From: Coniocarpon cinnabarinum
Lineage: Eukaryota
Direction: 5' to 3'
DNA: 64,000 nucleotides
Assembly: GCA_051942205.1 (NCBI GenBank)
Contig: JAVECO010000041.1
Coordinates: forward strand, 62,001-126,000
In this document: positions 10,888-22,269 of the stretch, piece by piece
Numbering within the stretch: position 1 is the stretch's first letter
Layout of the letters: each line of letters opens with the position of its first letter
Notes under the pieces: model-generated
The model's input: the letters and a program-made list of their open reading frames with translations, nothing else
The model's database searches: none
What the model was told of the DNA's origin: nothing
Made by a program: the position numbers and the translations under genes

Positions 10888-12211
10888 TCAAAACTCTATC
10901 TTTTCCTTTGCTGGCATGCCTGTGCCGCCACTCTCTGCATTCTTCTGCGCTTCCTTATCACCTTCTTCTGGTGGTAGACTAAATGCACCAATCCAGAATC
11001 TTCGCCGCGAGACAGTGAAGGCAAGGTCATCACCGAGGCCTTTTATACCTCCGCCTCCACCACGTTCATGAAAGACGGGCAGCTTGTGCAGCTTTACCAT
11101 TCCCTGAGGACGCTCCTCATTTGCTGTGACAGCACCAGACGTGCTAAGTCTATTCTGGGCGTAATCATCGGGCCTGAAAGGAAATGGTGCAAGTTCGATG
11201 ATACCGTCAAGAAGCTGCTCACACCAGCACGTTAGGGCTGTTGAACGTGGATGCAATGTTAGTGGTAGCGACACGAACGCAGTCGCGTTAGAGCTGTGAC
11301 GTCTCAGCAGAGCACGAAGGCTGTGGAGAAATCGAAGGATGAACTGTGCCTGACAGGCGTGTGGGGGATACGAGACGGGGGAAAGCAGGCCTGGGATGAT
11401 GATGCGATGGATTTTGCCTGGCTCCGATGACAGAGTGGATGCGAGCGAGCGTATGATCTTGGTAAATGGATCTGTCAAAGGCGAAGATGCGTCGGCGATA
11501 TAATGGGTGATTGCTGGATTTGATGGAAGTTCAATGCGTTTGGCAAGGTCAAAAGTGTGGCAAAATAGGTTGTTTTCCGTCGAGTCTGGTCCTGATTGAC
11601 CGTTAGAGTCCAGAGGTGCTCTTTGCCCTACACGCAAGAAGCAGTGAGTACAAGTTGATGCGTACTGCTCTGGCCGTTGGGGCCTACACTACACTTGGCC
11701 GGCTACATAATAAGTAGTGGCAAAATATTGGCTTACCTCTCTCGCTCTGCGCTCCCATAGCCTCATACCTCCAAGCAATCTTCATTCGCTCCGAGTCCCC
11801 TTGCACTTTTTTCGATTCTTTCGCATGTCTCTCGCCGCGACCCTCGACGACACTTGGTAGCTCCTTTACCCATCCCGGTGGGACATTAACAACGTGAACA
11901 TGGTGACCTTGCGTAATACCCTCAGCAGTATAACATTTCACAAGTGCACTAGCATAGTCGGTTGTCCCGGTCTCTTCAATCAAGAGACTCTGGCCAAGCG
12001 GCAAGCCCGCATGACCGGCAAGTAACCCATCTAAAGACGGAGTCCCTGTTGACGTCGTCAAACGGCCATCCGCTGGGCTCGACCTTACACCACGATTTTG
12101 TATGGTGGTCGCAACTGATGCTGGCCTTTCTTGCGTAGCTTCTCCAGTATCATTGGCTGTAGACTGACGTCTTACAGACGTGAGAGGTGTATTGCGCTTG
12201 CGAAATGCCAT
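10888..12211 (-). CDS. ELP4: Elongator complex subunit 4 (PAXNEB family); intron 11628..11736
   Basis: Motifs TTSTGTPSLDGLLAGHAGLPLG, LIEETGTTD, MKIAWRYE, FCHTFDLAKR, DDLAFTVSRRRF. The GTAAGC...TAG intron joins the two ORFs in frame. Confidence 0.93.
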
Positions 12212-12373
12212 GTGACTAAATCATGATGAGAATGAAAGGTAAATACAGGGTTACCGGAAAAAGAAGCTACACCACAATGCTATGGTAATTCAAAATACTC
12301 AAGACGACGAATCATAATAATATAGACTTTTGAAAACACTGCAGATTATGTAAAGTACATGTGGCGTGCGGAA

Positions 12374-13868
12374 TCACGCTTGGACAGGATCGCCTCCCAT
12401 ACTTTTCGTGGCTACGTTTTGCTTTTCATCGTCACTCATGTCCTGCATTTCCCGCTGCAATCTCGCAATCTGTGCTGCCATGCTCTCACGTTTTGCTCTT
12501 TTACGACGCTTTTTCTCTTCCGCGTTGTCTGCGTCATTAGCTGGAGGCTCCTCTGAAGGAGTTGCGTCTCGCTTGTGACAATGTGTCTCCTGTTCCTGCT
12601 GTGACGCTGATACGTTGCTTTTCTCGACGGACACGTTGGCATCATTGCTCTCCTGGGCGGGCACGTGAGATGAAGCATGTCCATTCGTAACAGGCGCATA
12701 AGTTGTAAAATCAACAGGCAAAGGCCCCTTCTTTTCCCCACACGTGGTGGTTTCTGCGGTAAGCGCAGGATCAACATTCGACATGTATTGCGAATCAAGT
12801 CCGTCTGGTGTGTTTTGTGGAATTTGCGCCATGTACTGAGCATCTGCAGCTGGCATAACTCGCTTCCGCCGTTGAATGAATCCCTTCTTCAGCGTGACGG
12901 GTCGATGATGTCCATGTAGCTTATAATATAGACCGCAAGCATTGCAGATGGTATGTCCCTGCGCATCACGTCTCCACAACGGTGTTGTAGTCGTGTGACA
13001 ATTTTGGCAAGCAATGACCACGCTTTCTGACTCACCACCTGATGGAGAGCCTTCGGCATTGTCTGGTGGCTGCACAGAAGCTGTGCTTGCTCTTGAGGCT
13101 TCGTTCTCTTGCAATGCCAGCTGTGCTGCTTTTGAAACGCGATTGTTAAAAGCGGGACAGCCATTACAACACTCATTACCTCCTGTGCCATTGCATCTGC
13201 CACCGCCAGGACATGACCCTGATGTCAACTGATCAGCAGGAACATAGGATGCTCCTGGTGCTGTGCTTGGTGAAGGACTTGTGCCGCTAGTGGGTGTCTG
13301 ATTCTGCCTCTCGGAGGGAGTGAGTAAGACTGGATTCGAGGTTGCGTAGGTCGGGGGTCGTTTGAGATTTCGGGGACGTGAGGCGTTCTTGTTCTTCTCA
13401 TACAATCCACATGCGTTGCAGATGGTTGCGCCAGTCTGTGACCGACGCCAGAGCGGAGTCTTTGTTGTTCCGCAATTACTGGGACATGTGTCAACCTGAA
13501 GGTTTTTGTGCCAGCAGATCTCGCGTTCAGGTCACATACCTGCATGTTTGTCCAGGCACTGAGTTCATCGGCTGTGAACTTGGCGAATTACTTTCTACGC
13601 TACGGCGAGCGGGCTCTTGATGTTGAAAGCCATTCATTTGTGAGCTCGCTGCCGGTCCCGCTTGCGTTGGATGTTCGCCCTGATATTTGGATGATGATGT
13701 GGTTGATCTGGCCGGCGCGTATGCGTCCACACGATCCGAATGTCCATACTTGAGCAGAGCCTCCGCGGTCTCTAGTTCCTCTCGCGAATGTTCCTGGACC
13801 GGCGTTGATGTGTCCGGCACGGGTTGTCTCGAGTCGGTAGAGGAACCGCCATTGACGGCGGCGGGCAT
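12374..13868 (-). CDS. sreA: Iron-responsive GATA repressor of siderophore biosynthesis (SreA/Urbs1/Fep1 family); intron 13479..13539
   Basis: Two GATA fingers (CSNCGTTKTPLWRR...CNACGLY after splicing; CQNCHTTTTPLWRRD...CNACGLY) flank the Cys-rich CPGGGRCNGTGGNECCNGCP box, followed by a C-terminal coiled coil. The start codon is uncertain. Confidence 0.92.
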
Positions 13869-14253
13869 CACGGATGTGCTAAAAGCGGCACGACGATTCG
13901 CGGCTGTCACGACTGTTGAAAAGTCATGCTTGACTGGCACCGCTTCGTGTGTTTATCGATTTTGTATAGTAATTGTATGAACATACTTGGCTGAGTAACA
14001 GCTTCAATTTGATTCGTTGGAGCAAGGCTGGGAACGAGTCTTGGCAGATTCACGTGCGGATGCGACGCCTTCCATGTGCACTTACGGAAGCTAGGCGTGT
14101 GAGCCATGGAACTCTCTGCGCCTATCTACGATACGTAGGTCCTATGATGTCTCATTCAGAAGTGATTACATGACGGATGTGATTGAATAGCCGCTGCCAT
14201 TACCTCATCACCAAGCACATCACTCCGGCTACCAGTCTTCTCTATGCTGAATG

Positions 14254-14860
14254 TCAAATTGCAAAAGCCATCGCTGCTGCCACCGCGCCTGGAACCCAAT
14301 TTCCGATTGCCACCGTTGGTACCGCAGCCGCTGCTGCGCCTAGAGATGCTGCAGAAGATGCGGCTTTGCTCGGAGAGCTCTTGGCACTTGATGCTGCTTT
14401 GGCGGATGCTGAACCCATAGCCGAGCTTGCTGATGATGGCATAGAATGACTTGAGGAAGACTCTTTAGACTTTCCCGACGCTGATGATTCTGATGATGAT
14501 GAAGTCGACTCCTCCGAAGATGTCGTTCTAGAAGAGGGCATGGAAGAATCTGTAGTTGGAGCTGCCGTCATTAAAGACATGGAATCTGCTGATGTTGTCG
14601 ACACATCTGCAGCCGCAGGTCCATCCGTTGGTGTGGACGCATCCGCGCTCATAGTGGAATCCATCGATGTCGCTGAGTCTGTGACTACACTCATGTCAGA
14701 CTGCTTGCAAAGTCAGCAACCTGTAGCTTTCACTTGGGCGGAACGAAGCTTTCAGCCGGACAGGAGACATAAATACCGTTGGTGGCATCGCGCTGTCATC
14801 AGCAAAAGCTGCAAAAGCCATCGTCATGATGACGAGAAACCGGATTTTAGCTAGGCACAT
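14254..14860 (-). CDS. Ser/Ala/Thr-rich putative GPI-anchored cell-surface protein; intron 14701..14777
   Basis: Exon 1 (MCLAKIRFLVIMTMAFAAFADDSAMPPT) is signal-peptide-like and splices in frame (GTATTT...GCTGAC...CAG) to a Ser-rich ORF ending in the hydrophobic tail GNWVPGAVAAAMAFAI. Confidence 0.75.
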
Positions 14861-16356
14861 GTCGAATATCTCGCTGCACTGTCTAGATCCGCGTAGCGCT
14901 TACAAAACAAGTGAGAGACCTCGAGGCCGCAAAGGTGATTCGTTTAAAGGTCAGGGTTCTGTAACATACTCAAAGGGTCTATGTGGACGCGTTGCTGGGT
15001 AGCAAGAGGAATGCTCAAAGGCCGAAGACGTCACGTGGCAAATGTCGACTTCCCTTGCTTTGTGCATTTTTCTTTGCCATACGCAATCGTCGGAATGCTT
15101 AGACAGTAAGGAATAATAAATATTTGCAGTGGCGTTCGCTAGCAGACAGCGGTAAGCTGCTTGAACCGCTGCTTTCGAACGAGCTATGTTTTCGTCCTAA
15201 ATGGCAGGGAGCATGATCGCGCTCGTGCATTTCGAACTCGTCAATGGGCATTCCAGGAAGCGTTGCCGTCAATGGGGCGTTCATTGGCATACAAGATGGT
15301 GAAGTATACGCAAAGAGATTATGCTTCAAGGACGAACCCAGCCTCTCACACACTTTCATGTCGTGCAATGGGTATTGGGCGAGGCGACGAAATAGGCGGG
15401 GGTATATATGCCAGTTGCTGGAGTTTTTGCTCAAAGTCGCGATCACGGAAAGACGTGGGCAGACGCTACTTGCTCGCGGCATGAAACGCAGCTCGCTTGA
15501 CTAGATAGGGGGCGTTAGCTCATATCCCATTGTCATCCAGGAGATTGTTCGCGTGTCGAAGCGATAGCTCAGAGTCAAATTTTATTCATTACAGACGACG
15601 CTGTTAACATAAGAGGTACCAGAATATTTGTAGAGTCATCATTGCGTCGTTCAGGGATAAGTGCAGGATTTGAAAAGTGAAATTGAGGCGGCCTTACTAG
15701 CGAAGAGCACTGACCGTAGAGAAACGCGCCTTGATGTAATCACTAAGTACTTCGAAAACAGCAGATCGTCCTCTTCCTATGCATACTATCAAATGGCTTT
15801 GGAAGAAGCAGTCGCCGCGCAACGGAAGCACATTCTGCACACTCGAGCAGTAAGAAGCAGTGATCAGAAGGTCCGTAAGAAGTGAAGAAATCTTTAGGAC
15901 TCAGACGCCCGCTGTATAGCCTCACAATAGGGTATGTGTGTGGTGGGTAAAGAACTGGTGTTGAAGGAATCTCAACCTGAGATTAGGATTTACAGTTACC
16001 CTGCCATAAAAATAGGTAGCCTCGATTCAGCGAATAAACACGTAAGGTCACGTGCTAAATAACACAATTGTCGGTAGGTAAATTATATGCTAAAATAATA
16101 GTTAAAACTAGTCCACATCGATATCCTTTTCTGTTAGCTCTAATTAGGCGTTGGAAATACGGAACTCGTTCGCATATGGTCTGCCCTTAACGTGTACAGT
16201 TGCTAGACGGTACCTTGAGCTAAATTTTGTACAATGAAACTCCTTGCAATGCGCGTCCTAATACCGAGTATCTATGGACCGCATTTATAAGGGTCTTGTA
16301 AAAGAGAATATATATTATTTGTAGAAATTGTTTACCTTGATCTGCCTCTGCCTCGG

Positions 16357-16446
16357 GCCCTCTTGGCGCAGTGGTAACGCGTCGCACTCGTACAGACACA
16401 GTATCGAATTATGCGAAGATCAGTGGTTCGATTCCACTAGCGGGCA
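16357..16446 (+). tRNA. tRNA-Thr(CGT) with 18-nt intron (16393..16410)
   Basis: Cloverleaf: acceptor GCCCTCT/AGCGGGC, D-arm GCGCAGTGGTAACGC, anticodon stem TCGCA/TGCGA with CT-CGT-A, T-arm AGTGG-TTCGATT-CCACT. The intron lies at the canonical 37/38 position. Confidence 0.93.
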
Positions 16447-16451
16447 TTTTT
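16447..16451 (+). terminator. RNA polymerase III oligo-T terminator
   Basis: TTTTT immediately after the tRNA discriminator base, with more T-runs at 16461-16471. Confidence 0.75.
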
Positions 16452-17045
16452 ACCATTAACTTTTTGTTTTTCGTATCAGTTCTCTTCTAAATTTTATTGA
16501 GGGCTTTCAACTTTTGAGACGTTCGTGTCGGAAATCCGGACCTTGCACTGGTCACCTGACGTCACGTGCCACAGGCACAAGGTGCAATGCCAGACGTCGT
16601 GGCACCAATTTAAGCGTATTGTGACCTTCCATGACTGCAACATTCCTTGGCACTGCACGCATATATATGCCTCACCTTTATAGCTCTGTACTGAATGCCA
16701 TATAATCATTACCTCACTTTCTAACTGTTCGTGTATACATCACGTGATAAGCTCAAGTCTGCAGGGAAGATGCGGTCTCCTCTGCCCCTGCTTTTGTATC
16801 TTGCGTTGCGTTTGGAAGTTTCGAAAATTGTGTTTTCTCCTGTTTCCTTACTATTTCGTTTGACGTTCTTGCATAAAGTTGTGCGGCGGAGTATTTAGGT
16901 GGGTGAGCACCTCTCAGGTGTTAGAAGCCTTCAGAAAGCATAAGGTGGAGTTGTGAGCATGTCCTTGAGCACAGCAATTATAGGAGGGTAACAAGACCCT
17001 CTATATGCCGAGCTAACGGCCGCACGAATATGGTCATATGGAGCT

Positions 17046-19700
17046 TTATGTACTCTGGTTGCCTCTACCAAAACCTGAAAAAGGAGAACGCACGGCAGGC
17101 ACGTTCTTTTTCTTGGTCAGCAGTCCCCTGTGACCTTTCCGCCGTCCCTTGACTGCTACAGTCGAATTTTCTGCTTCTTGCGTTTCTGATCGGGCTTGCT
17201 GAGCCGCCAGTTCGGACGACCTCTTCGCCTCTACGTCCTCTTCGGTGGCGTCTCTCCGCTCCAGCAAGGGAATATCCCAAATATCGGCCCACAACGTTCG
17301 ATCATACCGCATCAGCGTGTCTCCCAATCCTCCTGTCACGAACACTGAACCCTCATTGTGCTCGCCCGGCCCCTGGCCACCACCTTCAGGCAGGTACATC
17401 CACCGACCAACAGATCTCGGAATCTCTTCTCGCACATGGCTGATCACAAGAAGCGCTTGATGATCTGCTAGAAGTCCTTCCGTGATCGTGATCCCAGTCT
17501 TGTCCATTTCTCTTCGACTTCGCTCCTCTTCGCCGAGTCCCAAACTCGAAAGCGTCCCAAGCGTCTGTCGTCTGAAGGGGGTCTGTCGCTTTCTTTCACC
17601 ATTGTCAAGGAAGAGCAAACATTTGTCTCGCACGACATCATCCATGCCACTGAAAGCCTCATCTAGGATCACGATGTCTGGTTGTGCGATGATTGCGCGG
17701 AGGAACAACGCGACTCGCTGCCCTGACAATGTCATCTCTGCAAAAGTCATATCATCTGCCCAGCTTAGAGACTCCTCGGTCTCAGAATCTAGCTCATAGA
17801 AATACTGAGCTTGTTGTCGAGTGAAAAGCTCAGGGTTGCCTGATTTGACGTATTCGATTCTCTGAAGCTCTTGTGTGCGGAGCATTTCCTGGTGTAAGAG
17901 TTGATTGGGTCCAACATTGGGGTTAAGATCGCCTTGGAACCAACGAAGACATGCCGAAATGCGAGCATCCGCGTCAGCGCTGAAACGTGGTGGCGATAGC
18001 GGCGTCTCTGCGAATGCCGATTCTAGCGTTGCACGAACACTGAGATGCTTTGGAAAGAACTGATGGACTTCGGGACTTGAGTGTCCGATGCGCTTCTGAA
18101 TGTCGAAGAGCGAGATGCCCGGTTGTCCTTGTCTAGGCAGCCTTGACCGACCGAAGAGTTTCATAGGCAGGGCGTAGGCTTGAGGATGGTCAGATGTGAT
18201 GAGGGAAAGTAGGGTAGTCTTGCCAGATCCATTAGGGCCAATGATGGCCCATCGTTGACCGCGGCGCAAATTCCAGTACAACCCTTCAGGTGTTCCCGAA
18301 ACATCTCGCGATTCGCCACTGGGTGGAAAGCATATCAGCTTTGACCCTAGCGTCTCATCCGCAAGCTTGACTGGATCATTGTTAGGCATCATCTCGTATT
18401 GACGGTCCCAGTTCCCAAGAACGATTTTGTCCCCATATTGTACCTTCACACCGTTCATCTCTATCAAAGTCTCACCATTGGGTGGTTCCACGATTGCTGT
18501 ATGCTTGACATACATGTCGCGCGTTTGTCGACCTATTGTGTCTCCGTAACCTAGTCTCCGTTTCACAGCCTCTGTACGTATGCCCTGATTCCATGATCTC
18601 TGCGCTTGGGCAATGAGACGCTCCGTCGTCGGCGACAAATTCGTGGTATCCATACGAACGCCATGGTCGGTAAGAATGCGGCCGAATTCTCCAAGATATC
18701 GCGGAAGATCAGTCAGCTCTGGCCTTGTTTTCTTAGCAATCTGTGCGTTGAGCTCGTCTTCAAGCTCTTGTCGCACTTCTCGGAGCGAACCCTGATGGGT
18801 GATCTGTGCTGTCTTGCCGAGATAAAGCACCTTGGTGATCCAGTCCGGCACAGGATCCTGCGGGCGGAGCGCTAGAAGTAGTCGAGGAGAGCACGAGTGC
18901 GCCAAGTTGCGTAGGAGTGGGTTTAGCTGTGGAAGCGTTGGAGGATCAAGACCCACTATACAACAATAAGTTGGCTACGAGAAATGATCTAAAGGCTTAA
19001 TTGACGTACTGAATGGCTCGTCTAGGAGCAATAACTCGGGCTTGCCCAACAAAGCCTTTGCAATCCTCGCTCGTCTTGTTTGTCCATTACTCAAGTTGCC
19101 CAACGGCATGTCCGTCAACGCCTCCAAACGCAACTCTCGTATGACATGTGCTAGATGCTCATGGTCAATCTCATCCTCCTGCTCTTCTGCAGCATTCAGC
19201 TGCGTCTTTCCCTGTAGGAACTCCAACAGCGAGAAGTCGGTCACCTCTCTTCTGCTTTCGTAACGTGCACTGAGATACGTTGCAGTACCATTTGGTAGAG
19301 CTTGCTGTCCACCGAAGCCCACATACTGAATCGCTCTCGCGGGCCAGCTCAGCCTGCTGTCCTTCCTCAATAGCTCTTCACTACCTAGATAAGGGTAGGC
19401 GCGAGCAGTGGGAGGAGAGCAGAAATGCTGACCCCTTAGAATCTCGAGGAATGTAGTTTTCCCTGCATTCGATGGTCCAACAATCGCGACATGTTCAGAC
19501 GAAGGATGACTGGCAGGGAGGTTAAAGTTGATACCAGGAAAAAGAGACGGGTTGGTCAGTTCTTCATGATCGCGAGAGGGCTGCCGTCGATGAAAGGTCG
19601 CATCCTTGATGCGCACCAAAGATTGCCCATGTGTTGCATGGCTGGTGTCTGTGAGCTTTCTCGCACATGGCCGAAACCAATGCGCTTGGGAAAGTCGCAT
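17046..19700 (-). CDS. Soluble dual-NBD ABC ATPase (ModF / yeast YDR061W-like); intron 18956..19009
   Basis: Two Walker A motifs (GPSNAGKTT, GPNGSGKTT), signatures LSNGQTRR and LSGQRVALF, Walker B LLLLDEPF and IVILDEAF. No transmembrane domain. The Arg-rich N-terminus suggests a mitochondrial presequence. Confidence 0.85.
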
Positions 19701-19891
19701 TACATGGTTAGATGATAAACGCGTCTCACATAATGGAAGGAAAGTGACATTGGCAAATGTGATTGCCGCCTCTCCCAAGAGCTCGCGATGCTCTTCACCA
19801 CGTGCTGCTGTCTCAGCATCCGTCTTCCTGGCCTCTGCAGCATCGACCGTTTCAAACATTCTCGCATGCACGCCATACAAGCCTAGGGAGC

Positions 19892-20932
19892 ATGGCCTCG
19901 TCATCATCAGCGTCAAACCCTCTCCTCTATTCCTGCATCGCCCACAACACTACCATCCTCGCCGAGCATACTGCCTCCCCATCCTCCAACGCCTCGTCTC
20001 TCGCGTCCATTATCCTCCCAAAGATCTCCCATGACCAGCCGCAGAAGCTTACATACACCCACCAACAAAATCTCATTCACTACATCGCCGATGCGCCCTC
20101 CGATGATCCAGGCAGCTCTTCTGCGGGCGGTCTAACTTTCCTCGTGATTGGCACGCAGGACCTTGGACGACGTGTTCCATTTGGCTACCTAGTCGAGATT
20201 AGGACACGCTTTTTCTTGCAATATGATCCATCTCGCACTCAGTTTGCATCATTGCCACCGTATGGATGCGCGGCCTTCAATGGACGGCTCAAGGAATTGA
20301 TGGTGGAGTTTGGGTCTACGACAGCGGGGCAGAACGATGCGATTGGGAAAGCACAGAGAGAGATTGATGATGTGAGAGGAATTATGACAGAAAACATTGA
20401 AAGGGTGCTGGAGAGGGGAGAAAGATTGGATTTGCTCATTGACAAGACGGATCGACTTGGCGGGAGTGCGCGAGATTTCAGATTGAGGAGCAAGGGACTG
20501 AGGAGGCGGATGTGGTGGAAGAACGTGAGACTGATGGCGCTGCTAATTGTTGTGGTGGTATTTTTGATATACCTCTTTGTGGGATTTGGGTGCGGCTTGC
20601 CTGGTAAGTGAAGACCTCTTCCTAGTCTTTACCATGCTTCGCCCTTTGCTCCATCTGCAGAAGAAGTTATGAAATGGAAAGGTGAGGGGGAACAATCACA
20701 GAAAGCCTTATCTGTTCTCATCGTACATCATACGCTGTCAATAAATCCACTTGAGGTTCGGCCCATGGTCGTCGCCTCTTCTGGTCAACGATGGCTCAGC
20801 AACATGCTTCCACCCCATTGAAGACCAGTACAACTCTCAGTGCATACATCCATCAGCACTCGATCGTGATACTACATCTTTGCGATGCAGACTAACAGTG
20901 CTTCAGGGTGGTCGAAATGTCTTCATCACTGA
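19892..20932 (+). CDS. NYV1: Longin-domain R-SNARE (VAMP7/Nyv1); intron 20604..20906
   Basis: Longin domain, synaptobrevin motif VRGIMTENIERVLERGERLDLLIDKTD, MWWKN and a TM helix. The last exon (G|WSKCLHH*) follows ACTAAC...TTCAG. Confidence 0.92.
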
Positions 20933-21883
20933 GTGCAACACGAGTCGTTATTAATGAAGTGCACGGCGTTGGTGGATGTTCTCGGTGTAGCTATTACATA
21001 TCACGAGAAGACAAGGCCACTGTATCCTATGGGGGTTTCGAAGATATTCGTCTGGAACACGCTGTTTGTACAATGAGCAAGGACTGAGTGTTTAGTCAGG
21101 CTGCGTGCAGTCAGCTTCACTGCATGATTGTGAGCACGTCACAACGTTGGCCGGTTCTTTACGATTCCATATCCGTTGAAAAGGGCGCAAGAGGCGGCGA
21201 TTGCTCAGGACGATCTCAGCTGTATTCCCCAGCCTCAGAAGCTTGCTTCAAGGTCGTCATGCGCGTATCGTCACCAGGAGAACATGCGAACAGCTTGTGT
21301 CCAAGCGTCCAAGCGTATCCATCGCCACCGTCCAGCGAAGACTTGCTTACGCGCTTGCCTCGCCCCATCATCCGCATTCGCAATGTGGTCCGAAGTGGCA
21401 AATGCCACAAGAACCGCGCCAACATACGCTGCCAACACCCAATATTACACTCCACAAATCCTACCGGAACCAAACACGACAGATTCCTTCTGGCATGACC
21501 AACGAGCTTAGTGTTCTTCAATAAGGTTGAGGCATGACGATCGAAGAGAAGTCGGCGAATGACTCCTCACCCGACACGGCCCGCCAGCCCGTGTCTCACC
21601 TGTCCCGAAATGTCATTGGTGGCAAAGGCTTCCCAACTGGGACGCCATCGTCTGTTCCCTTCAGTCCCTGTTGTTATGTTAGAACGGAATGTGGCAATGG
21701 CGTGTGGCGGCTTGGCCGGTGATTGAAGAATATATAAGTTGTGGTAGAGGTGCGCTTTGATGGCATGGACGGAGGGACCCAAGCCTGAGCCAAGTCTTCA
21801 TTCTTCAGAGCTTCACTGCAAAGACCCTTGAACCTTACAGTCCTCTAATCACTTGAGCAAAGTAAAGATCGTCTATTCTGAAG

Positions 21884-22237
21884 ATGCTCTCATCATCCTT
21901 CTTCGCATCTTGCGCACCACTGCTGGGCTTCATTGCTACAGCAGCTGCGTCGCCCGCTCCTCTGTCAGCGCGAGCACCAGCGGACGCGTGCATTACAGAC
22001 CCTCCGACAACAAGCTCTTGTTTCACTGCGACGAGTACGATTTCCGCGACTAGCTGTCCGCTGCTAGAAAATTCACAAGGCGAGGTCTGCTTCCCGGCTA
22101 CAGTAACGAGTCTGGTCACGGCGCCGCCAAACTTGTGTGCTTGTCCGACAACCACAACAGTGACGACTTCCGAAACATGTCCAGGCGCATGTTTACCGCC
22201 AGTCACAGCTTTCGCAACGGTGACACCGACGCCTTAA
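21884..22237 (+). CDS. Small secreted Cys/Thr-rich protein (117 aa)
   Basis: Signal peptide ending ...ATAAA-SP, propeptide-like LSAR, 8 Cys in the mature region, and TATATAA at ~21731. Confidence 0.8.
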   Translation: MLSSSFFASCAPLLGFIATAAASPAPLSARAPADACITDPPTTSSCFTATSTISATSCPLLENSQGEVCFPATVTSLVTAPPNLCACPTTTTVTTSETCPGACLPPVTAFATVTPTP

Positions 22238-22269
22238 ACGGTTGATACCTCTCTTGTAGGCGGACATGT

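Noticed and set aside
21088..21524. Four overlapping ORFs of 100-136 aa
   Set aside because: Mostly non-ATG starts and no motifs; probably NYV1 3' flank or promoter of the secreted-protein gene.
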